The notes beneath the pieces are model-generated. The model saw only the letters and a list, made by a program, of their open reading frames with translations, was not told the origin of the DNA and did no database searches. The position numbers were made by a program, and so were the translations under genes. Source: an uncultured Enorma sp. (GTDB lineage: Bacteria > Actinomycetota > Coriobacteriia > Coriobacteriales > Coriobacteriaceae). Taken from it: a DNA stretch of 64,000 nt. This document shows, piece after piece, positions 39,719 to 50,276 of this stretch (the stretch's first letter is position 1; the number at the start of each line of letters is the position of its first letter). The stretch lies in the NCBI RefSeq assembly GCF_905210055.1, contig NZ_CAJLVH010000001.1. One strand, written 5' to 3'.

Positions 39719-39825
39719 GGGCTGAGGGCATTCCCGTCGTACGAGTTCCGCACGCAAAGGAGGCGCCAGTGGCGCCTCCGTCTTGCGCAGAACTGTTTGA
39801 AGTACGACGGGAATGCCCTCAGCCC
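39719..39825. repeat. 107-bp hairpin with perfect 24-bp outer arms
   Basis: GGGCTGAGGGCATTCCCGTCGTAC / GTACGACGGGAATGCCCTCAGCCC, inner ggaggcgcc/ggcgcctcc stem. Confidence 0.8.
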
Positions 39826-39838
39826 GGATGGAGCGACC

Positions 39839-40279
39839 CTACTTCACAACTAATATGTCGCAGTCCGTGCTGCGCAGCAGGAACGTGGAGATCGACCCGA
39901 GCAGCGCATACTTAATGGAAGAGAGCCCGCGAGCTCCGCACATCACCAGATCGGGCTGAATGACATCGAGCATCTCATCCTTGAGCGTCTCACGGATGCG
40001 GCCGGCGCGGATGATGATCTCCACATCGGCGATGTCGGGGTTCGCCTTGGCCTCTTCGACCGCTGGGGCGATGGAGTCGCGGAACGCCGTCTCGAGCCCG
40101 TTGATGAGGTCGACGGGGTACGCACCGGCGGATTCGAGCGCCGTCGAGTCGATGACGTGCCCGATGTAGAGCTTCGCCCCGTTGTTCGCGGCGACCTTGA
40201 TGGCGCGCGCAAGCACAAAGTCCTGCTGATCGGTGCCGTCGAGCGCAACGAATACCTTGGAATAACCCTCTTGAATCAT
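39839..40279 (-). CDS. Universal stress protein
   Basis: YSKVFVALDG, DLVMCGARGLS, LLGSIS, DILVVK. Confidence 0.92.
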   Translation of the reverse strand: MIQEGYSKVFVALDGTDQQDFVLARAIKVAANNGAKLYIGHVIDSTALESAGAYPVDLINGLETAFRDSIAPAVEEAKANPDIADVEIIIRAGRIRETLKDEMLDVIQPDLVMCGARGLSSIKYALLGSISTFLLRSTDCDILVVK

Positions 40280-40464
40280 CGTATGCCTCCTTGCGTTGGA
40301 TGCAACTGTGGTGGGCGCTAACCGTGCGGAACGCCCTTGGTTGCGTCGGTTATACCCCGTTGTGCACGAAGAGGTTGAAGTATTCTGTGAACGATACGGC
40401 TTTCTCCGTGTGCGTACGTTTTTCTGGCCGATAATGGCATCTGCAAAACGTACAGGGAGGCGCC

Positions 40465-41406
40465 ATGGATTTCATCGAGCTGCTCAAATCGGCGTTCCTC
40501 GGCCTCGTCGAGGGCATCACCGAGTGGCTACCTATCTCCTCGACCGGCCATATGATCCTCGTTGACGAGTTCATCAGTCTGAACGTCACGCGTGAGTTCT
40601 GGAACATGTTCCAGGTTGTGATCCAGCTCGGCGCGATCCTCGCGGTGTGCGTGTACTTCTTCCACCAACTCAATCCGTTCTCGCCGCGCAAGGACGCCGA
40701 GGAGCGCCGCGGAACCTGGGTGCTTTGGGGCAAGATCGTAGTCGCATGCATTCCGGCGGCGATCATTGGCATCCTCTTCGACGACTTCATGGAGGAGCAT
40801 CTCTACAATGCTACGGTGGTTGCTCTGGCGCTCATCGTGTATGGCGTGGCGTTCATCGTGATTGAGCGGTGGCGTGCGCATCGGTTTGAAGCGCGCGTAG
40901 CTGCCGAGGGTCTTCAGGCCGGGAGCCGTCCCGCAGGCGCTCATTTCGCCCGCCCCGCTGAAGACGTCGAACCCACAGAAGGTGGCGACTTCGGCTCCAT
41001 CACGCGGCTCGAGGATCTGCCGTGGTCCACGGCGTTCGGCATCGGCGTGTTCCAGGTGCTCTCGCTCATTCCGGGCACCTCGCGCTCGGGTTCCACGATC
41101 ATCGGTGGCTTGCTGCTGGGTACGACGCGCTCTGTCGCAGCTGAGTTTACGTTCTTCTTGGCGATTCCCGTCATGTTCGGTGCGAGCGCGCTCAAGCTCG
41201 CGAAGTACGTATTCCTCGACGGCGGCACCTTCGGCATGAACGAGGTCTCCATCATGGTGGTGGGCTGCGTCGTGGCGTTCGCGGTCTCGCTCGCCGCCAT
41301 CAAGTGGCTCATGGGCTTCGTGCGTCGTCACACGTTCACGGTGTTCGGCGTCTATCGCATCGTGCTCGGCGTGCTGGTGCTGGGATACTTCTTCCTCATT
41401 GCATAA
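40465..41406 (+). CDS. uppP: Undecaprenyl-diphosphate phosphatase
   Basis: [45 protein letters not shown]. Confidence 0.97.
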   Translation: MDFIELLKSAFLGLVEGITEWLPISSTGHMILVDEFISLNVTREFWNMFQVVIQLGAILAVCVYFFHQLNPFSPRKDAEERRGTWVLWGKIVVACIPAAIIGILFDDFMEEHLYNATVVALALIVYGVAFIVIERWRAHRFEARVAAEGLQAGSRPAGAHFARPAEDVEPTEGGDFGSITRLEDLPWSTAFGIGVFQVLSLIPGTSRSGSTIIGGLLLGTTRSVAAEFTFFLAIPVMFGASALKLAKYVFLDGGTFGMNEVSIMVVGCVVAFAVSLAAIKWLMGFVRRHTFTVFGVYRIVLGVLVLGYFFLIA

Positions 41407-41570
41407 CGGCCTCGTTGCATGCCGCGCTACGACGACATGAGTGCAGCGAGGGCAGGTTGGTTTCCACTGGTTTGCTGTGCCGCATCGCGGCAGCATGCTT
41501 CCAGCTATAGGACTACAATACATAGCATTGCATAGGTGAAGCGATTTATGCCAGATAAGGAGGCCGCTCT

Positions 41571-43097
41571 ATGCATGCTAAGACGATCTGCAAGGTATTA
41601 GGCGGCGCTGCGGCACTTGCTGCCGGGTCTGCGCTTGGGGCGGTGGGAGCGGTCTGCGCTGTGCGCGCCGCGAAGATGAAGCCCTCGCGGCCAGATGGTG
41701 CGCCGCTTGGGGCAAATGGCTACCACGCTGGTGACGACGCGGTGGGGCGGTTCCAGGAGCTCCTGCGCATCCCCACTGTTTCGCGCGACGATCCGGCGCT
41801 GGTCGATCGCAGGCACTTCGCGCGCTGGGTTCCCACGCTCCGGCGTTTGTACCCGCTTACCTTCGCGGCGTGCGAACTCCACATGATCGATGAATTCGGC
41901 ATTCTACTGCGCTGGCCGGGCGAGAACGCTGCGCTCGACCCCATTGTCATGATGGCGCATCACGATGTCGTGCCGGTCGAAGGGCAGGTGTGGGAGCACG
42001 ATCCATTCGACGCGGAGATCGTCGACGGAGAGATCTGGGCACGCGGATCGCTCGATACGAAGTGCATCATCGGCGCGTTCTTCGAGGCTGCCGAACATCT
42101 CATCCGCTCCGGGTACACGCCGCCACGCGATGTGTGGTACTTCTCGTCGAATGCCGAGGAGACGAGCGGGCCTGCTGCGCGCGACGCCGTTGCCTGGCTG
42201 CGTGACCACGATATCCATCCGTACCTGGTGCTCGATGAGGGCGGTGCCGTTGCCGGCGATACCCCGCTCGGCGTGAAGGTGCCGGTTGCTATGGTAGGCG
42301 TCTCGGAGAAGGGGCATGTGGACCTTACCGTCACGGCGCACGCCGACGGTGGCCACGCCTCCACTCCCACGGATATCGACGCCCCGCGGCTGCTCGCCCG
42401 TGTGTGCGAGCACATCGCTGCGCATCCAGGCATACCATGTTTTACGGAGGCGCTCGACGCCACGCTTGCCGAGCTGGCGAGTCGCAGCAGCCTGCTCTAC
42501 CGTCTGGTGTTCTCGAACCTATGGCTCACCCGTCCGGTGGTCGCGAAGATCATGGCCGCCGACGGCGAGACGGCGGCGATGCTGCTCACCACGTACGCGC
42601 TCACGCAGCTCGAGGGTTCGAATGCGCACAACGTGTTGCCGCCGGTGGCGAGTGCGAACTTCAACGTGCGCGTCGCACCCTTCGAGACCGTTGCAGACGC
42701 CGTGCAGCGTGCCCGCGTCCTGGCGGCAGAGGAGTGCGTCGCGAGCGGCGTCTCGCCCGACCATGTGACAGTCGAGATCAACGACGCCGTGCCCTATACC
42801 GAGCCGGCGCCCATAAGCCCGTTCGAGAACGATGCCGCCTTCGATTACCTGCATCGTTGCGTCGCCGGCGTGTATCCCGAGGCAGGATTCGCTCCGTACG
42901 TGCAGAATTCCTGCACCGATTCACGTGAGTTCAACGAGATTTGCGAGCGCGTGTACCGTTTCTGCGGCTTCGAGTACTCGGGTGAGGCGCGCGGGCTCAT
43001 CCATGCGGAAAACGAGCGCATCGGCGTCGACGTCTACAAGCGCGGCATCAAGTTCTACGTGGCGTTTTTGGCAAACCTCGACCAGCTCGCAGAGTAG
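41571..43097 (+). CDS. M20 family metallopeptidase (carboxypeptidase S/PM20D1-like) with N-terminal hydrophobic segment
   Basis: MAHHDVVP, RGSLDTK, AEE, LDEGG, SEKG, GGHAS, TDSR, IHAENE. Confidence 0.9.
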   Translation: MHAKTICKVLGGAAALAAGSALGAVGAVCAVRAAKMKPSRPDGAPLGANGYHAGDDAVGRFQELLRIPTVSRDDPALVDRRHFARWVPTLRRLYPLTFAACELHMIDEFGILLRWPGENAALDPIVMMAHHDVVPVEGQVWEHDPFDAEIVDGEIWARGSLDTKCIIGAFFEAAEHLIRSGYTPPRDVWYFSSNAEETSGPAARDAVAWLRDHDIHPYLVLDEGGAVAGDTPLGVKVPVAMVGVSEKGHVDLTVTAHADGGHASTPTDIDAPRLLARVCEHIAAHPGIPCFTEALDATLAELASRSSLLYRLVFSNLWLTRPVVAKIMAADGETAAMLLTTYALTQLEGSNAHNVLPPVASANFNVRVAPFETVADAVQRARVLAAEECVASGVSPDHVTVEINDAVPYTEPAPISPFENDAAFDYLHRCVAGVYPEAGFAPYVQNSCTDSREFNEICERVYRFCGFEYSGEARGLIHAENERIGVDVYKRGIKFYVAFLANLDQLAE

Positions 43098-43112
43098 GGA
43101 AATAGGTTGGTC

Positions 43113-43221
43113 GGGTGGGTTGGTTGGGGACGGGTTCATTCCAACCCATTTTGGGACCGCGAACGAACGTAACGTTCTCTAAAAATGGGTTGAAACGAAC
43201 CCGTCCCCAACCAACCCACCC
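43113..43221. repeat. REPIN-like doublet of GGGAC-loop repeats
   Basis: 40-bp inverted arms with 2 mismatches (43113-43152 / 43182-43221), each containing GGGGACGGGTTC. Confidence 0.85.
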
Positions 43222-43248
43222 CATCCATTCCAAGCAGAAAGGAATGAT

Positions 43249-44583
43249 ATGGCTACCAGCAAACAGGCGGTGAAGGCGGCGAGCCGGCTCGATTACGCGA
43301 GCGTGGCGTTCGCGGCGCTGCCCTTCATGGGCATGATCAGCTTCTGGCAGGTATTCGACGGCATCGTGCCGCTCATGCTCACCGATACCTTCGGCCTGGA
43401 TAACGCCACGACGGGTGTGGTCATGGCGCTCGACAACGTTTTCGGCCTGTTCCTGCTGCCGCTCTTCGGCATTTTGAGCGACCGTTGCGCGAGCAAGCTC
43501 GGGCGCCGTACGCCGTTCATCATGGCGGGCTCCGTGGTGGCTGCCATCGCGGTGCCGCTCATCGCCGTGGCGAACAACCTGCGCAGCTTCCCACTGCTCA
43601 TCGCCATGATCTTGCTCACACTCGTGGCGATCTGCGCGTATCGCACCATGACCGTGGCCATCGTGGCCGATATCACACCGCGCCCTCTGCGTACCAAGGC
43701 GGATTCTATCGAGAAGATCGTGGGCTACGCGGGCACGGGTGTGATGCTCGTGGCGATCACACTGCTGGTTCCCGATGTCGAGCATCCAGATTACCTGCCG
43801 CTTTTCGGTCTTCAGGCAGCGTTCATCTTAGGCTCTGCGATTCTCTACTTCTGGCGCGTTCGCGAGCCTAAGCTTGTGGAGCGCATGCACGAGAAGAGCC
43901 TCGAGATGGGCATCGAAGAGGCGGAGATCGACACCGACGACTCGCCCGAGGCCGGCGGCAAGCAGCGCGTCGCCGACCCGTCGGTGCGCATGTCCATCAT
44001 CATGATTCTCGCCGCGACGTTCTTCTATTACATGAGCTACAACGCGATGACGACGAACATCTCGCGCTATGCGGACGCATTCTTCGGCATGGCGGGTGGC
44101 AGCTACGCGATCATCAATATCGTGACCATCGCGGGCGGTTTGCTCTCGTATGTGCCCATCGCGAACCTTTCGCTCAAGTATGGGCGCAAGGCCATGGCCG
44201 TCATCACCTCTGCCGTGGTGGTCATCGGCTCGGCGATCATCTGGCTCGTGCCGGGCTTCAACCCGCTCTTCTACGTGGTGTTCCTGTTCATGGGCGCGGC
44301 GCTCGGCGGCGTCGATCTGTGCGTGTACCCCATGCTGCTCGAGCTCTGCGATTCGAACAGCGTCGGCCGCTACTCCGGCTATTACTACACCGTCTCCATG
44401 GCGGCGCAGGTGGTCACGCCCATCCTGTCCGGCATGGTGATGGACGCCGCTCCGACGATGCTCTTCGGCTACATCACGCTCATGGGCGCGTTCATGCTCG
44501 TCACGGTGCTCGCCGCCAAGCATGGCGACACGATCCTCATCGACGAGGTGGCTCGCCGTGAGGAGGCGTATAAGCAAAAATAG
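43249..44583 (+). CDS. MFS transporter (maltose/GPH-like)
   Basis: About 12 TMs, GILSDR..SKLGRRTPF motif. Confidence 0.9.
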   Translation: MATSKQAVKAASRLDYASVAFAALPFMGMISFWQVFDGIVPLMLTDTFGLDNATTGVVMALDNVFGLFLLPLFGILSDRCASKLGRRTPFIMAGSVVAAIAVPLIAVANNLRSFPLLIAMILLTLVAICAYRTMTVAIVADITPRPLRTKADSIEKIVGYAGTGVMLVAITLLVPDVEHPDYLPLFGLQAAFILGSAILYFWRVREPKLVERMHEKSLEMGIEEAEIDTDDSPEAGGKQRVADPSVRMSIIMILAATFFYYMSYNAMTTNISRYADAFFGMAGGSYAIINIVTIAGGLLSYVPIANLSLKYGRKAMAVITSAVVVIGSAIIWLVPGFNPLFYVVFLFMGAALGGVDLCVYPMLLELCDSNSVGRYSGYYYTVSMAAQVVTPILSGMVMDAAPTMLFGYITLMGAFMLVTVLAAKHGDTILIDEVARREEAYKQK

Positions 44584-44676
44584 CCGTCGCGAGCCTGGTT
44601 GCCGACGCACATCGCCTGAATCGCGTGCGTGCCGAGGTTCTTGCGCGTCAAGATTTCTTGTGTGCAAAAAATTGGA

Positions 44677-44722
44677 GAAACCGTCACGAAGGAGGTGTTG
44701 AAAGCCTCTTCGTGACGGTTTC
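44677..44722. terminator. Hairpin between convergent MFS and oppF genes
   Basis: gaaaccgtcacgaag / cttcgtgacggtttc. Confidence 0.65.
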
Positions 44723-44782
44723 GGCATTTTTTAGCACGTAAAGCTTGCGGGCGGGTGGAAGTTCGGTGCGCAAGCGGCGGCG

Positions 44783-45826
44783 CTATGCTTCTAGCGGATG
44801 GTGGCAGGCGCAGAATCGGCCCTCGCCGAAATCGCGCATCGCGGGTTTCTGCGTGCGGCACAGCTCGTCGGCGTACGGGCAGCGCGTGCAGAAGCGGCAG
44901 CCCGCAGGCGGGTTGATAGGCGAGGGAATCTCGCCCTCGAGCAGCTGGCGCTTGCGATCCGCCTGCGACGGGTCCGGGATGGGCACGGAGTCGATGAGGA
45001 GCTTCGTGTAGGGATGGAGCGGCCGGGTGTAGGCGTCCGGCGTCGGGCATACCTCGCAGAGCTGGCCCAGGAACATGACGCAGATGCGCGTGGAGATGTA
45101 GCGCACTACGGCGAGGTCGTGTGAGATGAACAGGAACGAGATGCTCGTCTCGCGCTGAAGCTTGCGCAGGAGGTTCAGGATCTGCGCCTGGATGGACACG
45201 TCGAGGGCGGAGACGGGCTCGTCGCACACGATGACCTCGGGGTTCGGCGCCAAAGCACGTGCGATGCCCACGCGCTGGCGCTGGCCGCCGGAGAGCTGGT
45301 GCGGGTAGCGCTCGTAGAACTCCGAGCCCAGGCCGACGCGCTCCATGAGGGCGAGGACGCGCTCGCGCTGCTCGGCCTTGGAGACGCCGGCGGCGCGGAG
45401 CGGCTCGGCGATGATTTCGCCCAGGGTGAGATGCGGGTCGAGCGACGAGAACGGGTCTTGGAACACGATCTGCATCTTTTTGCGCGCCTCGCGCAGCGCC
45501 TTGCCCTTGAGGTGCGTAATGTCCTTGCCGTCGAGCTCGACGGTGCCGGAGGTGGGGTCGATGAGGCGCACGGCCATGCGGCCGAGCGTGGACTTGCCGC
45601 AGCCGGACTCGCCCACGAGGGCGAGCGTCTCGCCGCGGGCGATGGAGAACGACACGTCGTCGACGGCCTTCACCACGCCGGCGTTCGTCTTGAAGTGCTT
45701 GGTGAGGTGCTCGGCGCGCAGCACGGGCGTCTCCTGCACGCTCGCGGACGCCTCGGTAATCGGCTCGGCGTCGCCCGTGGGCGCATCGGTGGGCACAGAA
45801 GTTTTAATCTCATCGGTGGTTGCCAT
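44783..45826 (-). CDS. Oligopeptide/dipeptide ABC transporter ATPase (OppF/DppF-like)
   Basis: [38 protein letters not shown]. Confidence 0.95.
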   Translation of the reverse strand: MATTDEIKTSVPTDAPTGDAEPITEASASVQETPVLRAEHLTKHFKTNAGVVKAVDDVSFSIARGETLALVGESGCGKSTLGRMAVRLIDPTSGTVELDGKDITHLKGKALREARKKMQIVFQDPFSSLDPHLTLGEIIAEPLRAAGVSKAEQRERVLALMERVGLGSEFYERYPHQLSGGQRQRVGIARALAPNPEVIVCDEPVSALDVSIQAQILNLLRKLQRETSISFLFISHDLAVVRYISTRICVMFLGQLCEVCPTPDAYTRPLHPYTKLLIDSVPIPDPSQADRKRQLLEGEIPSPINPPAGCRFCTRCPYADELCRTQKPAMRDFGEGRFCACHHPLEA

Positions 45827-46810
45827 TTAGAGCACCTCCTGGGGCTTGAAGCAGCGAACGAGGTGGCCGTTCCCGGCGTCGGTGAGCTCGGGTGCCTGCG
45901 TGCGGCAGCGCTCGTCGGCGAACGGGCAACGGGTGCAGAAGCGGCAGCCCGCGGGGAAGTGGCCGAGCGCGGGCACCGTGCCGGGGATGGTATGCAGGTC
46001 GTGCTCCATGTCGCCGTTCACGCGCGGGATGGCGTCCATGAGGCCGGTCGTGTAGGGATGGAGCGGGTGGTTGAAGATCTCTTCTTTCGTGGCATGATCC
46101 ACGATCTGGCCGGCGTACATGACGTTCACCTCGTCGCAGATGTCCGCCACGACACCGAGGTTGTGGGTGATGATGAGGATCGACATGCCGCTCTCGCGCT
46201 GCAGGCGCTTCATGAGCTCGAGGATCTGCGCCTCGACCGTCACGTCGAGCGCGGTGGTAGGCTCGTCGGCGATGAGCAGGTCCGGGTTGCAGATCATGCC
46301 CATGGCGATGCAGATGCGCTGGCGCAGGCCGCCGGAGAGCTGGTGCGGGTAGGACTTGTAGCGGCGCTCGGCCTCGGGGATGCCCACCTCGCGGAACATC
46401 TGGATAACGCGCTCCTTGGCCTCGGCGCGCGAGACCTTCTCGTGCAAGAGGATCGCCTCGCGGACCTGCTTGCCCACGGAGATGGAAGGGTTGAGCGCCG
46501 TCATGGGCTCCTGGAAGATCATGGCGATGCGGTTGCCGCGGATGTCGCGCATCTGCTGCTCGGGCAGGGCGAGCAGGTCCTCGCCGTCGAACGTGATGCT
46601 GCCCTCGGCGACCGAGATGCCGGTGTCGAGGATGCGCATCACGGTGCGCGCCGTCATGGACTTGCCGCATCCGGATTCGCCCACCAGACCAACGGTCTTG
46701 CTGCGGGGCACGGTGAAGCTCACGCCGTCTACCGGGTAGGCGGGCTCGCCGCTCTTGAGCGTCAGGACGTCTCTCAGGCCGTCGATGACCAGCAGGTTCT
46801 CGTCTGCCAT
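45827..46810 (-). CDS. Oligopeptide/dipeptide ABC transporter ATPase (OppD/DppD-like)
   Basis: [44 protein letters not shown]. Confidence 0.95.
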   Translation of the reverse strand: MADENLLVIDGLRDVLTLKSGEPAYPVDGVSFTVPRSKTVGLVGESGCGKSMTARTVMRILDTGISVAEGSITFDGEDLLALPEQQMRDIRGNRIAMIFQEPMTALNPSISVGKQVREAILLHEKVSRAEAKERVIQMFREVGIPEAERRYKSYPHQLSGGLRQRICIAMGMICNPDLLIADEPTTALDVTVEAQILELMKRLQRESGMSILIITHNLGVVADICDEVNVMYAGQIVDHATKEEIFNHPLHPYTTGLMDAIPRVNGDMEHDLHTIPGTVPALGHFPAGCRFCTRCPFADERCRTQAPELTDAGNGHLVRCFKPQEVL

Positions 46811-47004
46811 TGCTTCTCCTCCTCGTGATTGCCCGGTGCCTGGGCACCTACGCATCATGTGGTCGGTATCGGTTCATGCCGCCCGGCGTTAGCCCACATC
46901 TGCCTGCGGCGCCGTGGCGCGTCGAGCGGCATGAAGCGATACGGTGGGCGCCCCGAAGGGCGCGGGCTCGCGCAGAACCCGCGCCCCCAGAGCACGCGGC
47001 TCGC

Positions 47005-48543
47005 TTACTTGGTGAGCTTGCCGAGGTAGTACACGTAGGTACCGGCCGAAGAGGGCAGGTAGCCCTCGATGCCCTTCGTGTACACGTCGTAGTTCACGGT
47101 GTCGTACAGCGGCACGATTGGGCACTCGACCTGCATGTCGTTCAGGATCTCGACCACGAGGTCGTGGCGCTCCACGACGCTCGGGATGGCGTTCATCTCG
47201 GCGATCTTGGCCTTGAGCTCATCGGAGATGGGGTAGTAGTACACCGAGGTGTCGCCGAGCAGCAGCTGGATGAAGCTGTCCGTGGCGAGCATGTCGGTGC
47301 CGAGCGCGTTGATGAACATCTGGAGCGTCTGGTCCATGAGCTTGGAGGACCAGGTGTTGACGTCGACGCTCTCGACCTCGACGTTGATGCCGATGGCGGC
47401 GAGGTCCTGCTGGATGCACTGGGCGCACTGCGCGCCGGCCTCGTCGCTCGCGGTGATGGTGTAGGTCTGGGAGAGGTCGGTCGAGGACTTAGCGAGCTCT
47501 TCCTTGGCGAGCTCGGGATCGTAGGCTTCGAAGGTCACGACGCCGTCGTAGTCCTCGCCGAGGAGTTTCTTGGCGAAGAACTGCGTCGCGGGCGTGGCAG
47601 CGCCGCCCGTCACGACGTCGACGATGTTCTGCGTGTTGATGGCGTGGAAGATGGCACTGCGGAAGGCCTGGTCGCCCACGAGTACGCCGAGCATCTGCTG
47701 GCCCCACGCCTCGAACTCGACGACGTTGAGGTTCGCGTCCTCGCGCGCGGTCTCGACGGCGGTCTCGGCCATCATGGAGACGCAGTTCACCTCGCCGTTC
47801 TGGAGGGCGACGAGCGAGGTCGAGGAGTCCACGGGCGCCTGGACGACGACCGTCTTGAAGGCGGGCGCGCCGCCCCAGTAGTCCTCGTTGGCCTTGAGGG
47901 TGACGGTGCGGGCCTCGTCGACGGACTCGAAGGTGTAGGCGCCGGAGCCGACGGGCGGCTGGGCGGCGTAGTCGTTCGCCTCAGGGTCATAGGAGCCGTT
48001 GGGGATGACGTAGATGGTCTCGGCGAGGATGTTCATCCACGAGGTGTCGTCGCGCACGACGCCGATCTCGACGGTCTTGTCGTCGACCTTGGTGATGCCG
48101 GAGATGTAGTTGGACATGTAGGGGCCCTGCGAGGGGTCGGCGCTGAGCATTTCCCAGCTGTAGACGACGTCGTCGGCCGTGACGGGAGCGCCGTCGGAGA
48201 AGCTCGCGTCGCGGAGCGTGGCGGTGACGACGTTGCCGTTCTGCTCGCAGGTGTCGACGAGCATGGGCTGCACGTTGCCCTCGCCATCGAACATGAACAG
48301 GTTGTCGAAGACGGAGTGCATGGTGACCTTGTCGACACCCGTGCCCATGATGGGGTCGAACGAGTCGTTGCTCGCGACCGAGATCATCGTGAACGTGTCG
48401 GTGAGCGCGATGCCGCCCGCGGCGTCACCCGATCCGCTGCCAGCGTTGCCGCCGCAACCGGCAAGGCCGCCCACGCCCAACATGGCGAGGATCGCGGCCG
48501 AGCCGCCCACGAACTGCCTGCGCGAGACCTGTGGAGTGCTCAT
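47005..48543 (-). CDS. Peptide ABC substrate-binding lipoprotein (family 5), Tat signal, copy 1
   Basis: SRRQFVGG..LAGC, FSDGAPVTADDVVYS, PVGSGAY, NEDYWG. Confidence 0.93.
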   Translation of the reverse strand: MSTPQVSRRQFVGGSAAILAMLGVGGLAGCGGNAGSGSGDAAGGIALTDTFTMISVASNDSFDPIMGTGVDKVTMHSVFDNLFMFDGEGNVQPMLVDTCEQNGNVVTATLRDASFSDGAPVTADDVVYSWEMLSADPSQGPYMSNYISGITKVDDKTVEIGVVRDDTSWMNILAETIYVIPNGSYDPEANDYAAQPPVGSGAYTFESVDEARTVTLKANEDYWGGAPAFKTVVVQAPVDSSTSLVALQNGEVNCVSMMAETAVETAREDANLNVVEFEAWGQQMLGVLVGDQAFRSAIFHAINTQNIVDVVTGGAATPATQFFAKKLLGEDYDGVVTFEAYDPELAKEELAKSSTDLSQTYTITASDEAGAQCAQCIQQDLAAIGINVEVESVDVNTWSSKLMDQTLQMFINALGTDMLATDSFIQLLLGDTSVYYYPISDELKAKIAEMNAIPSVVERHDLVVEILNDMQVECPIVPLYDTVNYDVYTKGIEGYLPSSAGTYVYYLGKLTK

Positions 48544-48653
48544 GATCCTGTTCCTTCCTTCCTGGGACGTCCGTCCCATATCTTCTGGGGTGCGAGCACA
48601 CCCCGGTGTACCGTAGATACCCCGCCGGCCGCGATGCCTGCGGGGGCCGGCGG

Positions 48654-50204
48654 CTACTTCTGCTCGTTCGTGAAGTCGCCGAGGTAGTACGCGTACGTCG
48701 CGCTCGAGGACGGCAGGACGCCGCCGAGCCCCTTGGTGTACACGTCGAAGTTGTTCTTGTCGTAGAGCGGCACGATGGGTGCCTCTTCCACCATGTCCTC
48801 CATGATCTCGATGACGAGCTCGCGGCGGTCGGCGATGCTCGGGATGGCGAGCATGTCGGCGACCTTCTGACGCAGCTCGTCGGAGACGGGGAAGTAATAG
48901 AACGACCCCTCCGCGAGGAAGAGCTCCTCGAAGCTGTCGGGCGTGAGCATGTCGGTGCCGAACGCGCTCACGAACATCTGGGCGGTCTTGTCGATGAGCG
49001 CCTGCGAGAACGTGTTCATGTCGACGGCCGCCACCTCAGTGGTGATGCCGATCTGCGCGAGGTCCTCCTGGATGCACTGGGCGACGTCGGCCGCGTCGGG
49101 CGTGGTGATGGTGAACGTCTGCGTAAGGTCCATCTCGGTCTGGGCGATGTACTCCTTGGCAAGGTCGAGGTCGTACCCGGTGAACTCGACGCAGCCGGCG
49201 AGGTCGCCCATGACCTTCTTCGCGAACATGTCCTGCGCGGGCTCGCCCTCGCCCTCGTTGCAGATGTCGAGGATGCGCTGGCGGTCGATGGCGTGGAAGA
49301 TGGCCTGGCGGAACGGCTGGTCGCCCACGCAGATGCCGAGCAGCTGCTGCGACCAGGAGGCGAAGGTGCTCACCTCGAGGTTCGGGTCCTCGCGCGCGGT
49401 GGACACCGCGGTGAGCGCGATCTGCGTCACGAGGTTCGCCTCGCCGTTCTGGAGCGCCACGAGCGCCGTGGAGCTATCCACGGGCGCCTGGACGTGCACG
49501 GTCTTGAACTCGGGCGCGCCGCCCCAGTAGTCCTCGTTGGCGGCGAGGGTGACGGTGCGCGCCTCGTCGACGGACTCGAGCGTGTAGGCGCCGGAACCCG
49601 TGGGAGCAGAGGAGGAGTAGTCGTCCTCCGCGTCGTACGTCGCGGCCTCCATGATGTAGAGGTATTCGGTGATGACGTTCTTCCACAGCTCGTCGTCGCG
49701 CAGGGAATGCACGAGGACGGTCGTGTCGTCCACCTTCTCGATGCCGGAGATGTACGTGCGGATGTAGGGGCCATTCACCGGGTCGTTCTCGTAGACGTCG
49801 AACGAGAACACGACGTCGTCGGCCGTGACGGGGTTGCCGTCGGTGAAGGCGACGTCGTCGCGGATCTTGATGGTGACGTCGAAGCCGTCCTGCTCGTAGC
49901 TCTCGGCCAGCATGGGCTGCATGTTGCCGTCGGCGTCGAACTGGAAGAGCGAGTCAAAGAGCGCGTGGAGCACGACCTTGTCGAAGCCTGCGGAGGCGTT
50001 CACCGGGGTGAAGGTCGCGTTGGTAATCATCGAGATGATGGTGAGCTCGTCGCCGAGCTCGATGCCGTAGGCGCCCGCAGAGCCGGCCGAGCCGCTGCCG
50101 CCGCCGTTGCCGCCGCAGCCGGCGAGCCCGCCCACGCCCATGAGGGCGAGGACCGCGGACGCACCGCCCACGAACTGCCTGCGCGAGACCTGTGGAGTTA
50201 CCAT
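48654..50204 (-). CDS. Peptide ABC substrate-binding lipoprotein (family 5), Tat signal, copy 2
   Basis: SRRQFVGG..LAGC, FTDGNPVTADDVVFS, PTGSGAY; colinear paralog of copy 1. Confidence 0.93.
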   Translation of the reverse strand: MVTPQVSRRQFVGGASAVLALMGVGGLAGCGGNGGGSGSAGSAGAYGIELGDELTIISMITNATFTPVNASAGFDKVVLHALFDSLFQFDADGNMQPMLAESYEQDGFDVTIKIRDDVAFTDGNPVTADDVVFSFDVYENDPVNGPYIRTYISGIEKVDDTTVLVHSLRDDELWKNVITEYLYIMEAATYDAEDDYSSSAPTGSGAYTLESVDEARTVTLAANEDYWGGAPEFKTVHVQAPVDSSTALVALQNGEANLVTQIALTAVSTAREDPNLEVSTFASWSQQLLGICVGDQPFRQAIFHAIDRQRILDICNEGEGEPAQDMFAKKVMGDLAGCVEFTGYDLDLAKEYIAQTEMDLTQTFTITTPDAADVAQCIQEDLAQIGITTEVAAVDMNTFSQALIDKTAQMFVSAFGTDMLTPDSFEELFLAEGSFYYFPVSDELRQKVADMLAIPSIADRRELVIEIMEDMVEEAPIVPLYDKNNFDVYTKGLGGVLPSSSATYAYYLGDFTNEQK

Positions 50205-50276
50205 ATGTTCGTTCCTTTCCAAGAAGTGCCGCCCTGCCCGCGCGCGGCGCGCGCGACGTGCGGGCGTTGCCTGCGT

